A stretch of DNA of 63,904 nucleotides, filler included, from Collodictyon triciliatum (lineage: Eukaryota): the NCBI GenBank assembly GCA_043381765.1. It is 8 parts of 8 records of this genome, joined end to end, with 100 filler letters (N's around TTAATTAATTAA, not from the genome) between each part and the next. Parts side by side here need not be neighbours in the genome. Positions count along the whole stretch, not along the records: positions 20,823 to 31,122 come from JBHJMP010002725.1; positions 31,223 to 38,532 come from JBHJMP010002726.1; 6 more parts are not named here. One strand, written 5' to 3'. Positions 21,538 to 35,419 of the stretch are shown here, in pieces; the stretch's first letter is position 1; each line of letters starts with the position of its first letter. The position numbers and the translations under genes are program-made. The notes under the pieces are model-generated. The model was not told the DNA's origin and ran no database searches. It saw only the letters and a list, made by a program, of their open reading frames with translations.

Positions 21538-24500
21538 CCTTATTCCTCATATCATCGGAATATATATTTAATTTCTCTCTGATCTGAATAGTTTCATCGT
21601 TATTCTGGACTAAAAAACGAGGACTCATTTGTTTTTCAGGATTTTGCGTGCTGTCAAAAAAATATATTGGCGACGTGTAATGTACCTGATTTCTATGCTC
21701 GGTGAAGTGTAAGTTACAATCCTTATTCCCTTCAGGCAAATGAATCTCACTCACAGTGAATGAATTGAATGAGCTAGAAGAATATTTAGTATGAAGGTTT
21801 TCCATCAATGATTCTGTTTCATCTCCGATGGCCCTCCCTCGACCAATTGAAGAATCAGAAAAAGTACACGATAAATTTTGAGGAGATATTAAAATTGATG
21901 AGCCAGTATCTTGACTATGTTTTGAATATGTTGTAGCTATATCTTGAGGTGATAATATGATGGAGCTTAGAGCCTGCATTATTTTTCTATGTTCCATGGC
22001 AATATGCAGGATTGTTGAATGCAATTGATTATTTTCTACCTTGAGAAAGCGTACGATGTTAGAGATTTTAATAATCTCCTCAAGAAACTTTGCATGTTCC
22101 AGGGTTATTTTATTTCCAACAGACTCTGTCCCATAAAGATTCTCAATTTCTCGTTGTTCCAAGCTTTTTTCTTCTGATGTTGTAGACACAGTCTGAGGAT
22201 GACAAGTTTTTTGTGGAATTAGGGATGAACTAGGTTTCCATGATCTACTCATGGGCCTAATTGTGTCTGCTCCTTCATCTGGTTCATCAAGAACGACTTC
22301 CACTGGAATAAGTGATATATCTTTGGAATGGATAATATTACCTAGCCTGGGCGCAACAATTTCATTAGCTTGTTGGTCAGGAATGACTACTGGGTGTTTT
22401 AGTGATGATAATTTATCTGCTTTACTCTGGGATGTAAATAATTCTTGATTCTCTTCATAAAAGTCTTTCATAATGTTCCTTGCCAGTACTAAGCGTTCAT
22501 GAGAATTTTTGAGATTTGTTTGGTTTTGTTTAGCAATACCCTCATCGCCCTCGAAAGATGTATGAAAAGCGAGTCCCAGGTGAATATCATCGATTAAATC
22601 CACAATCGCATCAATTTTGGACTTGAGAGATGCGAGCGAGATCTTATTTCCGTTACCTTGTGAGAGAGGAGATTCACGGGGATATATTTCGGATATGCCT
22701 TGTCGAATCAAAGATGATTTCTCTTCGCAACACGATTTCCACTCGAGAACGCCGCGGAAGTCTTTAAAATACTGAAGAGTATTCTGAGAAAAAGTAAAGC
22801 GTTGTGATATTTCAGACATCAGTAGCTCAAGTGTGACTCCCAAATTGTCTAGGGGACACCCTTCTTGTCCGATGTCATGTAAGATTGACTCTAAGGCTTG
22901 AATTTCCTGCATCGCCTGCTGGCACTTTATTCTGTTGCGTTTGTTTGCATCAATTTCTTCCTCCAAAAAATCAATAAATGATTCTAAGAGATTTTCGGAA
23001 CATGAGTCGTTAGAATCTCGCGGCTTTTCGAAATGAGCTCTCTGTAACAAAAGGAAAAGAAAAAATACGAAAAAGATGAGTCAGGTAGGTACATTAGCTT
23101 GATTAGAATTAAGTAGTTGATGGATAAATATTTCATCGACGAAATATCACTCACATTTTGGCATGTTGCAATATGGTTCAAATCTGATGTTCCTATAATC
23201 CGAGCATTATGAAAAGGCATATATCTCTGGAGGATGATGAAACAGATTATTGAATATTCCTTGTAAAATTACCTTGCCGCTTATGGCTTGAATATTCATG
23301 ATAATTCCGGTCGTCTTCATTTTGCGTTTCCATTGGATTAATGCTATGAATTTCCAAGGGCTTTTGTGCGGGTAATAAAAAAGCTCTTGATTTTGATGTT
23401 GATATTGAGCGGATAGAGAAGCTAGAATCCAGTCGCGCGGTAGCTTTATAGTTCAATATTTTGAATTAGTAAAGTATGGAATAGCAACGCTTTACTGCAA
23501 ATAGTACCTTCATCTTCCTGAATAGGATTTTCCACATCACAGAATACCTGAGCACTTTCGTCTATTTTGTCGGTCCTAAAATCCAAATTAAACAGTATAT
23601 TAGATAAAATTAATATATATATATGTCAAATTGATTTGGTGCAAACCCTATAGATGACAAGACACATTTGTTAACAGAACGTGACAAAGGACCTTTTATT
23701 ATGTTTTTCATTTTAAAGGGCAAGGCCAATATGTATATGCAAACAAATATTGGATTAAAAAATTGATTATCTTCAAAATGGCGTTTTACAGCTTGGAAAG
23801 GTAGGACGATAAGAAAATTTACAAATTTTTTGAAAAATATATATATAAAAGACCTGGAAGCTTTCGCTCTTGTCTGTTATTTCCAAAATTAAATTCTTGC
23901 AAGGCTTGAATCTCACTAAACAATCTTTCCTTTTCGGGTTGTAATGGGTCTAGTTGGTATTTCATAGCATAAAATTCAGAATGAAGTCTCTCAGATTCAA
24001 GTCTTAAATTCTGAACACTGTCATTCAATTCGCAATTTTCTGTAGTTAGTATTTTAATCCTTGCAGAATATTCTCCATTCAATTCTGCAGTTTTGATTAT
24101 TTCACTTTGATATCTTTTGTATGATTCCTTAATGGAGGCGAGTTCCATCGTCACTTCATCCAATGATTGTGCTGTTTGTTTGAACTCAGCTTTTAAGCTA
24201 TTTTTTTCATTTTCTAGGGTCTCTTTTTCAGATGCTATTCTTGAAAATAAAATGCTAAGTTCCTTCATGTCCCTTTCCTTTTCAGCCAAGTCTTTTTGTA
24301 GGGAGGATATATGGAGGTCCAACTTTTTATGCCTTTCCTTTATCATGGATGTCTCTTTTCTCAACTCGGTATTTTCTCTGATGAGTTCGATATTTTTCTG
24401 AATTTCGATATTTGTACTCTGTTTTGATTCAAAACTACTCTCCTTCATCTGCTTCGTAATTTTAAGCAATTCTTCATTTTTTCGTTTTGATTCATGAAGA

Positions 24501-25845
24501 TTGGTCGAGAGTAGACTCATCTCCGACTTTGATTGAGATAATGAGTGAAGGAGTTCTTGGTTTTGACTTTTGAGATGAAATAGTGCTTCCTCGTGTTTTG
24601 ATTCTACTAATTGAATTTGTAGGCTGTGAGATTTCCTAACGTTGACTAATTCTTTGGAAAGGCGATCAACCTCAGAGGACAAACTTGGAATTCGTTCATC
24701 ATATTCTGAACTGAATAAGCGAGCTTCCAGAAGGTCAGATTTCAATGATTCAATAGTTTGGATCAAAGAATCTATGTTTCCTCTCAACTTTGCATTGGTT
24801 TCTTTTTCTAACTGAAGTGCTTGCTGTAGATGTGATGAGCCAGGGTCATTTTCGGATGAATATCTGTTGGGTATTGCATATTTTCCAGACATTCTTGAGT
24901 TGGCTTCTGAATCATGGAGCAGAATGGAATTTTGCTGCCTCTCGTTCTCAGCTTCGGCAGCAACGTCCTCATCAACTATATAGCGATAACGAGAACGAGA
25001 TGTGACATACATGGAGAAAGAATTTTTGATACTACTGAGTCTATCTTGCAGCAGCTGGTTGTGACTTTTTTGGGCCCTTTTTAATAACTTCAACTCATGC
25101 TCATCCTTTTTTAACTCCAGCTCCAGTTCGTTAATCTTGCTACCATAATGAGACATTTGCATGTAAATCTCATCGTTTTCTCTTTGAAGTCTTTCAATTT
25201 CTTGATCCTTCTCTTGTATTTGAGTTTCAAGAAAACTCACCTGACCGATGGAAACCAAACCTGTGGTACGTGTAATAATCTTAGTGTTTGTTCTATTCCA
25301 TTCATTTTAATTTTTTAAAGGTCTGGGCAACAAGGACAAAATAGGCTCTAGACGCCAGAAATATGTACAATACGAAGGCCGATGAGTTAATGTTGGAGAA
25401 TACTTTTTTTCATGGAGGGGTCTAGAACGCACAGTTGAGCAGTTCCTTTGAGCAATGCTGACTCGGGATCAGTAACGTGATGTGCCGCGCCGATTATCCA
25501 GGTGTGCACAGAATGCTGTAGAGTGGCTAAGGCAGCATGTGTTCCCAGCAGCGCTCGCACCAAGTTTTGCGCTTGAGGGACGATCGGCAGCGCCTGCGAG
25601 GATGACTCAGGGGTTTGCCTTGCTGCTGCAAGGGTCCTTGTAAGTGGTGACGTGGCCACTGATTTCTGCCGATCGAGAGAGGCATATGCTTGGGAGACAA
25701 GCGAGCAGCTGGCCTCGACTCCCCGAGTAAGCTGGTTGAGTTGTCTCGTGATGCCAGCCAGCTCGTCCGACCATTCTGCAAGATAATGGCCATGGCGGCT
25801 GTTGGCGGTCTGCATCAGCGATTTCCTTTGCAGGGGACTGGACAC
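20823..25845 (-). CDS. Large coiled-coil protein with 35-aa tandem repeats; 3' truncated, start uncertain (possibly an exon near 26010-26100)
   Basis: Long heptad-rich exons (about 23855-25260 and 20823-23041) can be joined through small GT-AG exons. Confidence 0.75.
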
Positions 25846-26293
25846 TGTGGATATGCGTGGCGGCTGCTTTTGTGATCGGACAGCCGTAAGTAAACCAATT
25901 TGGTACTCTGCTACCCTGTGAAGACCTTTTCTTTCTTTCTTTCCTTCCTTTTTTTCTTTTCTTTTTTCCTGCTCTTTTTTCCTGCTCTACTTTATCTTGC
26001 AGTGCCTTTACGGTGAGCCTGTGCTCTGGCCGCGTTGTTGTCTTCTTGCTGATTCTTCCCAGCGCCACGCACGCTTTTTTTTTTTTGGTTGCAGCGGCAT
26101 GATGTCGCCGTGACAAAGGTACGATACATGAAGTATGCAATAAATCAGTAATCCATACCAAATTGAGACTGTTCTTCGCAGCGCTGCCTTTCTATGAATG
26201 ATTTGTGTAGCCGTCTTTATTTTTTCCCCTCTTTCTCGCTCGAAACAGAGTCGCAGTCGCGCGAGGCCGCGAATGCTACGCGCAGATTTCAAA

Positions 26294-28054
26294 CTACTGT
26301 TGCTTGGGGGCGTCGGGCAGAGAATTGCGGGACGGTTCATCGGCATCGGACGAAGCCTCAACTGGAGGGAGCACGGAAGGGGTGGAGAAGGGCGGATAGA
26401 CGCCCGTGAAGTGGGGCAGCTTCTTCTCCTCCTCGGAGGCAATCTCTGCAAGGACGGTGTGGCCGACGTATCCTCGGGTGTCAGGGTTCTTGTACCATCT
26501 AAAGGTACCGCAACCGATAAGAAAACATGGCACAGATTATGCAAGGATGGTGGTTATATGCGAGTCTTACAGGTAATCCTTTGGTGCCGGTCGAGCAAAG
26601 CGGGGCATGATCTCTGGTGGCGGTGGTGGGTGAGTACAGAGCGCAGTCGCCAGGACGCAGAGCACATAGGAGTGGACAACACAATTGAACATGATGTTGT
26701 GTATGTATGTATGTATGTATGTATGTATGTATGTATGTATGTATGTATGTATGTATGTATGTATGTATGTATGTATGTATGTATGTATGTATGTATTTGG
26801 GTTAGATATAAAGCAAGGTTGTCGCTCTTACTGAATTTTTCTGGATACAGAACCGAGCGGAGGCCGAGGCGGTTGTAGTACATACATTTGATGGAGCCAC
26901 CAACTCTCTCGATGGCTTCAATCACTGGGCGCGTTGCGCGAGACACCTCCAAGTCAATCTTGTAGCGGAAGTTGTCTGCACCCTTCAAGCAAGTAGGAGT
27001 TGTGATGGGGTTGTGATGGGGTTGTGATGGAGTTGAGGGTGGTAACTTACTGTTCCCATGACTTTCACCCCGTCATGAACGTGGTGAACTGCACCAGCAT
27101 CTTTGAGGGTTCTCATTGTCACAGTCTGTGTTGGGTCGATGCGTCCGATCTCGATGAGCCACTTTATTTTTGACAGCGGAATCTTCGCGTATTCAGAGCG
27201 GAAACTGAATGATATTCGATTATTCAATTTATTTTTTAAAAAATTAATCAAAAAATACTGAAAGTAGTTACGAGTTGACCTCTAATATATCATGCTTGAA
27301 GACTAGACAATACGGAAAAAAGCGGTTTTTTTTCCGAGTCAAGTTTTCAAAAATATAGACAGGAAAAGAGAGAAAAAGTAAGGATTGAAGAAAAAAAAAA
27401 AAGAGAGAGAAAAGGAGAGAACCAAGAAAAAAAAACAAGCAGACGTATTGACGAATCCGTATTTGCGGAAGCGACGGTAGATGGGTGTTTGGCCTCCCTC
27501 AAAACCAGGGCGCACGCCTCCGCCAGCACGGGAGTTTTGGCCTTTGTGCCCGCGACCAGCAGTCTTTCCCTTACCGGAGCCAATACCGCGACCTACACGG
27601 GTTCTCTGCAAGAATCACAATCAGTGTCAGGTGCTCACTCTCTCAAACGAGCAGTTCCTTTTTTTTTTTATTCCATTTATCTTTCTTTTAAATTAATAAA
27701 ACAATAATTATTATTTTGCTTTTTGAATAGGGCTGGCAAGAGCTGGAGTACATGAAGCTGTCTCAAAGCCTTCTTTGCTTCTTTTTTTCACCTTTTTTTT
27801 CTTTTTTCTTTTTCTTTTTTGTTTGTTGTAAGAAAGAGACTGAACGAATCACTCCTTGCCTCTTGCTTTGCGCCGTCGTTGTCGCTGATGTTGTGAAGGC
27901 GCACTGGAGGGACGCCAACTCTTGTGGACAGAGGAGCAAACTGAGTCCAGGCGAAGAGAGGCTTCACGGACGGGAAAAGAGGCGTGGCCTTGGCCTGCAG
28001 GAAGGAGGCAGCAGCAGGCCTTGCGAAGGGTAGAAGCGACCGCAACATGTTCAT
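26294..28054 (-). CDS. MRPL15: Mitochondrial ribosomal protein uL15m, 6 exons
   Basis: Presequence, then [56 protein letters not shown]; intron 1 is GC-AG. Confidence 0.93.
26700..26796. repeat. (TATG)n microsatellite in a uL15m intron
   Basis: Perfect tetranucleotide run. Confidence 0.95.
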
Positions 28055-28667
28055 CTGTGGGTATCGACAGAGCGTGAGGCTGACGTTTTCTTGCTTGATG
28101 TTTGCGCTTTGGAGCCAAAAGAAAGAGAGAGAAAAGTGAGAGAAAAAAGTGAGAGAAAAAAGTGAGAAAAAAAAGTGAGAAAAAAAAGTGAGAAAAAAAA
28201 GTGAGAAAAAAAAGTGAGAAAAAAAAGTGAGAGAAAAAAGAGAAAGAAGGAAAGTGAGAATAAATAGGAGAGAAGAAAAAAGAGAGAAGGAAAAAGAGAG
28301 AAGAAAAAAGAGAGAAGGAAAAGACATATACGCGCACACACTGCACTGAGAAATGAGGCTTCAGAGCCAAGCGAAGTGGACGCCAGCCTGTGCACATCTG
28401 CTCTGTTGCGTTGAGCGCGATTGATTTGGTTTGGCCGGGGTTTTCTGATCCGGATTAAACGGAACCCGTTTATTGCGCTTGGTCTAGTGTCGAATAACTA
28501 ATTATGGAATATATTTTTCGAGTAGGTGTTCGCAGGCAATGTAGCAGCCCACACGCAAGGACACGATTTTTTGGGGCTCTTTTTACTCAATCTTTTTACT
28601 TTATCTTACCGCCATCTTTAATTGCACGAAGGCTGGCGCGGATTCAGGGACCGAACGAGACAATAAC

Positions 28668-30918
28668 TTAGACCGTGGAGGGGTGGCGAAGCTCTATTGA
28701 AAAGAACAGGCTTGCAGAGGAGCGCACTGTCACCATGCCGTTGATTACTTCGTTGTTTGTGCTGTGGTGATGATTGCGGTAGAGACAGAGTTGTTTTCGC
28801 TCTTCATTTATTTCTTTTATTTTAAAAAAAAAATAACATCCAGCTATACAACTGACGGGATTGTAATGATAAAAACCTGATAAGTTGACCGAAGCGCATG
28901 TCTTGCCCATCTAGCATTTGGAAAACCATAGGTACTCGTTAAGTGATGTAATTTCAACAATATTTTTGTTTTGCATATTTTGCTACACGCACTGTGGACT
29001 GGCAACTAGCTTTGACAGAATGAAGAAAATTGTGCCCAAGTAGACCAGAATATTTGGGTCGGTCAAAATACCACAAGGGATTAAGAATACGCAGCGCTTT
29101 TAAACAAAATCTGGTAGGAGTTGCATACAACAGATAACACGAAGAAGGTAAACAAGAAAAAGAAACCAAGATTCCAGCGAAGTCCTGTTGTATGTGTTGA
29201 TGTGGCCGGCGCACCGATAGGCACAAGCCCGCATTTTATGCCCTCAAACTAAAATTTTATTGGTTTTAGGAGATGCAAGAGTAAATAGTTAGAATAAATG
29301 GCAAGAAATTAACGGTGATCTAGCATCAAAGCCATACGAATCTCCTTCACGAAATCGTGAGAAATTTATACAGGACGGCAACACGACAAATACACAGAAT
29401 ATAACCAAATAAACAATCAAACAAGCAAATTATTAACGAGTTAAAAATAAATAAAACCCTTTCGTTGTGGTGAATCTGATGGTCTTGATTTGCTTGAAGA
29501 AGGAACCCCATATTGCCATCTATCGTTTTCGATAAAATAATTCAGGGAAGAGAACGCGCCATTAGCGAATAGTTGTGTTTTTGAGATAGTGGAGAACGCT
29601 ATCCATGACTGATCGAATCGAACTAGAAATAATATAGCATAATAAAAGAGAAGAATGATTAGGGATTATTGGATCGGAGGTTACCAGATAGCAAGTAGAT
29701 AGTATGATAAGGAAATCGAAACGGAATTTGTATGTTTGCAAACAAATGGTCCATGCGTCCTCCGAAAGCTCCAAGAGCAACGACACAATACTTTATCAGA
29801 ATAAGACTTTTAAGGAACGAAATTGTGTGGATTATGCGTGGCAAAATATGGATTTTCATTATAAATCGAATGGAACTGGCACGTACTTTCACTCCCATTG
29901 ATTCTTCATGGTTAATCAGAATTTCCATGGCCTTTTCAAAATCAGTGGTGTCCTGAGATTCAACATGCTTCACTGAACAGCCCTTTGTTTGATGGTGATA
30001 TATACATAATTATAGCTAAGAATCGCTATGGAAAAATATGTATCAATTGGTCAAAAGCCCTGAAAACGGCTATCCGTTTTGAATAGTTTTTTTTCATAAG
30101 CCTCCATGAATCAACAATACTGATATGAAATTATCCGATAAATTAAACTCTCGCAAAATACAACGAGAAAAAAAATGAAAGAGAAAAGTAAGAGATGATA
30201 ATTCAGACACCTGCTTTGTATAAAATTGCTTGACTTCTTCCCGAATCCCGTCAAAGTCACCGACCACCACATCAGGGAGAATTCTAAAATCAACCCATCA
30301 AAAATTTCAAAGACATAGCTCGTTTGTTTCTTCTTGTTTCCCTTTATTCAATTTTAGGTAATAGCTTGCCCCTCGTAACAAGAGGATATCTCCAGATTGA
30401 TAGTTATTAAATTCCAAATTACAGAAACTTGTGAGGAAAACATAGACGTGGCATGGAATAGAGAAACGGAAATGGTGATGAATGAAATATTAATTCTACC
30501 TTGTTCTTTCTTCATCATGCAGCGCGTCAAAAAAGTGATTGGCACCTCCATCACAGCATATAAGAAATTGCGCTATAAAAATGGCAAGTGAACAATTTGC
30601 CAAAATACTTTCAGAATATGTCTCTCACAGCATATCTAAGTAGGTGCAATTTGATAAAAAAAAATAATAAAAAAACTTTCTAGCAATACTGATTTCTAAA
30701 AGATGATAACCGCAACACCAATATCAAAAATCATGGTCATGTTGATAATAAAGATATTTAAATAGCGTGTCAAAAATAAATTAATAAATAAACTCAATAC
30801 ACTTGCCAGATTTTACTACTGTTCTCCAAAATAGCGGGAGTGATTGGTTCAAAATGATAACAGCGAGTGGAGAGGCGTCTGATTTTGCTTCGAGAAAATG
30901 GCGACTGTCGAAGAGCAT
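28668..30918 (-). CDS. TPK1: Thiamine pyrophosphokinase, about 9 exons
   Basis: [63 protein letters not shown]. Confidence 0.92.
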
Positions 30919-31004
30919 GACTATTACAGCAGAAAGGGTTTTGAAGTGGACATATAGTGTATTTGTTGAATACAAAAAAGGCTAGAAAAGATGACAAGAA
31001 TAAG

Positions 31005-31035
31005 AATAATAATGATAATAATGATAATAATAATA

Positions 31036-31122
<87 letters not shown>
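31005..31122. repeat. (AAT)n microsatellite at contig end
   Basis: Trinucleotide run. Confidence 0.95.
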
Positions 31123-31230
31123 NNNNNNNNNNNNNNNNNNNNNNNNNNNNNNNNNNNNNNNNNNNNTTAATTAATTAANNNNNNNNNNNNNNNNNNNNNN
31201 NNNNNNNNNNNNNNNNNNNNNNAACGCAAG

Positions 31231-31920
31231 GAAAGTGACCCGTTGTCCCCTCAAAAGACTCATCCAGTGGAATGAAATAGGATGTAAACCTTGCTTGAGA
31301 TAGACGGTTGAAAGGACTCGTCGGAATCGATTTGAGAAGTAACTGTCATGTGCGTACTTTCATCGAACCGACAACTTTATCCGCTCTTCTGTCAGTCTCG
31401 AACACAACCAGAAACCGCGTTGGAGCTAAATCACTTCGGGTAGAATAGTCTGTGTGTGAGAACACTTTCTCTCCTTTTTATATCTTTTTCTTTTTCTTTT
31501 TCTTTTTCTTTTTCTTTTTCTTTTTCTTTTTCTTTTTCTTTTTCTTTTTCTTTTTCTTTTTCATCCACCCAAAGCATAAAAACTCCAACCACACAATCTG
31601 GGGGTTTTCCATTGTCTTGTCCACAGCTCATTTTTGTCCTAGAGGCGAAGGCGGTTTCCTCGGCTTTTGTTTTATCTCAAACCCTAATGAAAGAGAAGAA
31701 AAACGTTATGCGACATGAGAAACACTTAATTCAATTCATATAAAGAAAATTAATAACACCGTTTGCTGGGCAAGTATCATATGAGAAGAACAGGATTACT
31801 AAGATTCAACATCTTTAAAGAGGAAGACATATATTTTTTTTTGGGCGCTTAGGGAACTACGTTCGCGAACGATTCAACCTCATCGAGTCACAATTTGTGG
31901 GACACAAGCCTGTGTTGTGA
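31231..31920 (+). CDS. Possible 3' exons of an unidentified gene
   Basis: Short GC-richer blocks with AG/GT flanks around a (TTTTTC)n tract; frame unresolved. Confidence 0.25.
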
Positions 31921-32126
31921 GCGTGATTTTCTGTGTGGGTGTGACTTGATTCGATGAAAGGATGAAAGCTGGAGAGTAAAATGAGGCAGTCCAATTATAT
32001 TCAAAAAAAAATGAAAGAATAGCAATCGTGCTGAACGCACTGGGACAAGTACTTGTGGAGTCCAGCACCCTGAAGCAACAGGAATTTAAAAACAGACCGA
32101 TGTGCAAGCAATGAAAAAGTAGAATC

Positions 32127-32199
32127 TGCCGAGACTCGGGATCGAACCAAGGACATCAAGATCTTCAGTCTTACGCTCTTCCAACTGAGCTATTTCGGC
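32127..32199 (-). tRNA. tRNA-Phe(GAA)
   Basis: GCCGAAATAGCTCAGTTGGAAGAGCGTAAGACTGAAGATCTTGATGTCCTTGGTTCGATCCCGAGTCTCGGCA folds as a cloverleaf (one acceptor-stem mismatch); T5 terminator downstream. Confidence 0.93.
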
Positions 32200-32974
32200 T
32201 GCTCCTTGCTGGTTGAGGAGAATTATATAATATAATCTCGTATTAAATCCCTTCACTGTTTTTTATTTTGTTTCTGCATGAATCTCATTCGTTTGCTTGG
32301 AGCTTTGTTCGGGCAAGGTAAATGCTCTGGCTAACCAATACGAGCCTATAGGAACCGCTCCTCCCCTTGAATCTAATAAAGGGAAAGAAGTCAGAGAGCG
32401 AAAGAAGGACTACACAGGGCGACCCAGTCATCGATAGCGATGAAAAGAAATGAACGGCTAGTATGAGTTAAGGGGCAACCAGCGTCAAGAGAAATAAGTT
32501 TTTTGCTTTGTATCCTTCGCAAGTAAAGAGACCCATTGACCGAAGCTTGTCTGGATGACGAGATTAAGTCTCCGCACGGCTTCAAAGCCAATTGAAAAGT
32601 CCGTCTTGTTGCGGTGACGAATTTTACGAAGGCAGGACTCGATATGAAGATAGATATATGCATTTGACATTGCGATTTGGAAAAAAAAAAAAAAATAATT
32701 GGATGCGATACAGGAATCGACGGGTTTGGAGAAAGTCCAGGGCGCCCCTTTAACCTGCCACTACCGTTAAAATGAATGATGGGTAGGCCCCGAAACACAC
32801 GACATGATCAAAGCAGAAGCGGGAAAATACGATTTAAAATAAAACTGCTGCTTTCTATCTGTGAGGCAAATCTTCATTCGTGCCTCACACCTGCCAAATC
32901 TGTTGGTTGGGATGCTTGTGTTGCAGCATTCTGACCAAGCGGCTCGATGAAGTAATGTGGCGATGCAAAAAGAG

Positions 32975-33045
32975 TGTCCGTACCGGGAATCGAACCCGGG
33001 TCGCAAGAATGGGAATCTTGCATGATGCCACTACACTACACGGAC
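32975..33045 (-). tRNA. tRNA-Gly(CCC)
   Basis: GTCCGTGTAGTGTAGTGGCATCATGCAAGATTCCCATTCTTGCGACCCGGGTTCGATTCCCGGTACGGACA folds as a cloverleaf; T5 terminator downstream. Confidence 0.93.
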
Positions 33046-33060
33046 TTCTTGTCTTTCCTC

Positions 33061-33190
33061 GGATTATATATATATAATATACGCTAGTTTCTAACTGGAT
33101 TATATATAATATACGCTAATTTCTGACTGGATTATATATAATATACGCTAATTTCTGACAGGATTATATAAATATAATCTACATTAGTTC
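33061..33190. repeat. About 32-bp TATA-containing tandem repeat (4 copies) upstream of tRNA-Gly
   Basis: Unit GGATTATATATAATATACGCTAATTTCTGACT. Confidence 0.85.
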
Positions 33191-33593
33191 ACTAATTTTT
33201 ATCATGTATTTTAATCATGTATTTTTATCATGTATTGTTATCTTGTTTTTTATCTTGTTTTTTATCATGTTTTTAATCATGTTTTTAATCATGTTTTTTA
33301 ATCATGTATTCATTGATGTATTTACTCGTATATTTTTTAATTTAGTCGTTTTTGAGCACTCCTTTTTTTGCACTGATTATTTCCCCTGATTCCTTCTGAT
33401 ATGTTCCCTGATTTTTCATCTCATAAAGTAGGAAAACGCCGAATAGACACAACTTTTGCATCCTTTTATGTTCGGTTAAAGATAGAGGGTGCATTCTTAA
33501 AGATTTATTTATTCATTGTTTGTTTGTTTGATTTTCGTGCTCAGATGGGATGACGAGCTTCTGGATGTTCCTGCATTCGCTTTCTTGTAGTAA

Positions 33594-35419
33594 TTATCGT
33601 TGTCTAAATCCCAGCATTATTTTGTAAATATATATGAGTATAATTCTCAGGGTTCTGTGGCTTACAATTTTGTTATGTGCGCTTTGATACTCCAGAGCAT
33701 AAGAGTAAGATAAAAAAAATAGAAATGATATAAACTATCGTATTAAGCAAACTTTGCCCATCCAACTTCCAAAATCAAGTGGTCATATCCGTAGCCGTTC
33801 AATGACATGGCCTTTTCAGCCTCATCTCTGTGAATAAAATGAACAAAAGCTACACGGCGGTTTGCATATTGATTCTATAAATTATTTATTGAGAGAAAAA
33901 TTAGTCACCTCGCTGCTGACATTCAACAAATAACCCGGTATATCGAAATGCTGTGAGGAAGAAAAGGGCTCTTACCACGTAGACCTTGGTCATCTGTCCA
34001 AAGCGAGAGAATAACTCGCGGACATCAGAGTCTCTGGCATCGGGGCTAAGGTTGGAGACACGGAGTACGTGTGTATCGCTTGCCATAGAATCTCCCGACT
34101 TCCCAGACTCCATTTGGTTGCGGATGGATGGAGGAATATATTTGCCGGGCTTTGATGTGGCAATATCGGCGGCTGCAGCGGCAGAGGCCAAAGGATTTCC
34201 GACGGCCTCGACTCTGTCAGCGAAGGGACATTTGTTGGTAAAGTGGAGCCCAACAGCACCACAAATACGACAGGTAACCGATATAATCTCGGGAGTTGGG
34301 AGGGGAACAGAATCGACCTGGGAGAGGTACTTATAAGTGTTTTTTCGCTTGTACAAGAAAGACGCGTTATTGCAAAGTCATGCAATTAATTCATTCAAAC
34401 AGAAATGAAATAGAGAATCAAATGTAGAAAAATGGCTGCATGTTTGGAGGGGAGGGGATGGGAGGGAAAGGGAATGGAAAGGGAAAGAACCTTGACAACC
34501 GGTCTGATGTCCAGGGTAATTTCATCACCAATATAGCTCGTTGTACTTTCTGTTGCTGGGTTGTTTTTGGCAGAAAGGCCGAACTTCGCCCATTTCTACG
34601 AGTGTTATGTTTTGTTTTGTTTTGTTTTGTTTTGTTTTGTTTTGTTTTGTTTTGTTTTGTTTTGTTTTGTTTTGTTTTGTTTTGTTTTGTTTTGTTTTGT
34701 TTTGTTTTGTTTTGCTTTGTTTTGCTTTGTTTTGCTTTGTTTTGCTTTGTTTTGGATATTAAGAATACGCGGAGACATCAATTAAATTGCTCCATTACAT
34801 TCTTTCTCAAATGGAAGTTAAGAAGGAAAAATATGCTTTTAGGGCATCTGCTTGGGATAAAATAAATATAAAAATAAATTAATTAATTAATACAGTATCA
34901 ATGTAGTTTATTAGAAAACAAATAGGTACCTTTCTCTCCGCAACACCAGGCAATACCTTGGACTTTTTTGTCACCACATGAAACCGGCGTGTTATCTAAA
35001 ACCATCGATTCATCTGAGCAATAGCATGTGGTATGACTCAAAAGATGGAAGGGGAAACGAAAGTGAAAAAATCAAGAAATATATTGTGACGGTCAGGAGA
35101 CGGGGCTTGGATCACACCTTCACAACTTTGCCGTCTTCTTGCTTTTCGAAATGAACATAGGACTTGATTCCTTGAGCATCAGGTCCTTCCACATAGTCTG
35201 GAGGCAATATGGTGGGAAAATAATAATAAAACTCGCACTTCATTTGCATTGTCACAAGAGAAAGCAATAAATTATATTGCTGTAAAGTATTCGGATAGAA
35301 GCAAACTAATTGTCAAAGAGATCAAGCACAGGGAGGGGGATACAAAGACCTTGGTAAGTAGGTGTTTCGGGTGACTCTGCTTCGTCCCCCCAGTTTCTGG
35401 CTTTGGGTGCTTCGGTCAT
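33594..35419 (-). CDS. EIF3G: Translation initiation factor 3 subunit G, 7 exons
   Basis: NWGDE, RKKWAKFG, zinc knuckle CRIC...HFTNKCPF, GKYIPPSIR, RRM LRVSNLS...NGYGYDHLILEVGWAK. Confidence 0.93.
34608..34753. repeat. (TTTTG)n in an eIF3g intron
   Basis: Pentanucleotide run. Confidence 0.95.

Noticed and set aside
30380-30392. ATATCCTCT on the minus strand in TPK
   Set aside because: Lies inside an ordinary GT-AG intron whose flanking exons join directly (ERTRILPD)
32720-32950. GAGAAAGTCC...GCGGCTC resembling RNase P/MRP conserved regions, and TGATG...CGAAAC resembling a hammerhead
   Set aside because: Core motifs are imperfect and I could not build supporting helices; needs an Rfam scan
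33061-33190. CRISPR-like 32-bp repeats
   Set aside because: Head-to-tail with no unique spacers, no cas genes, eukaryotic context
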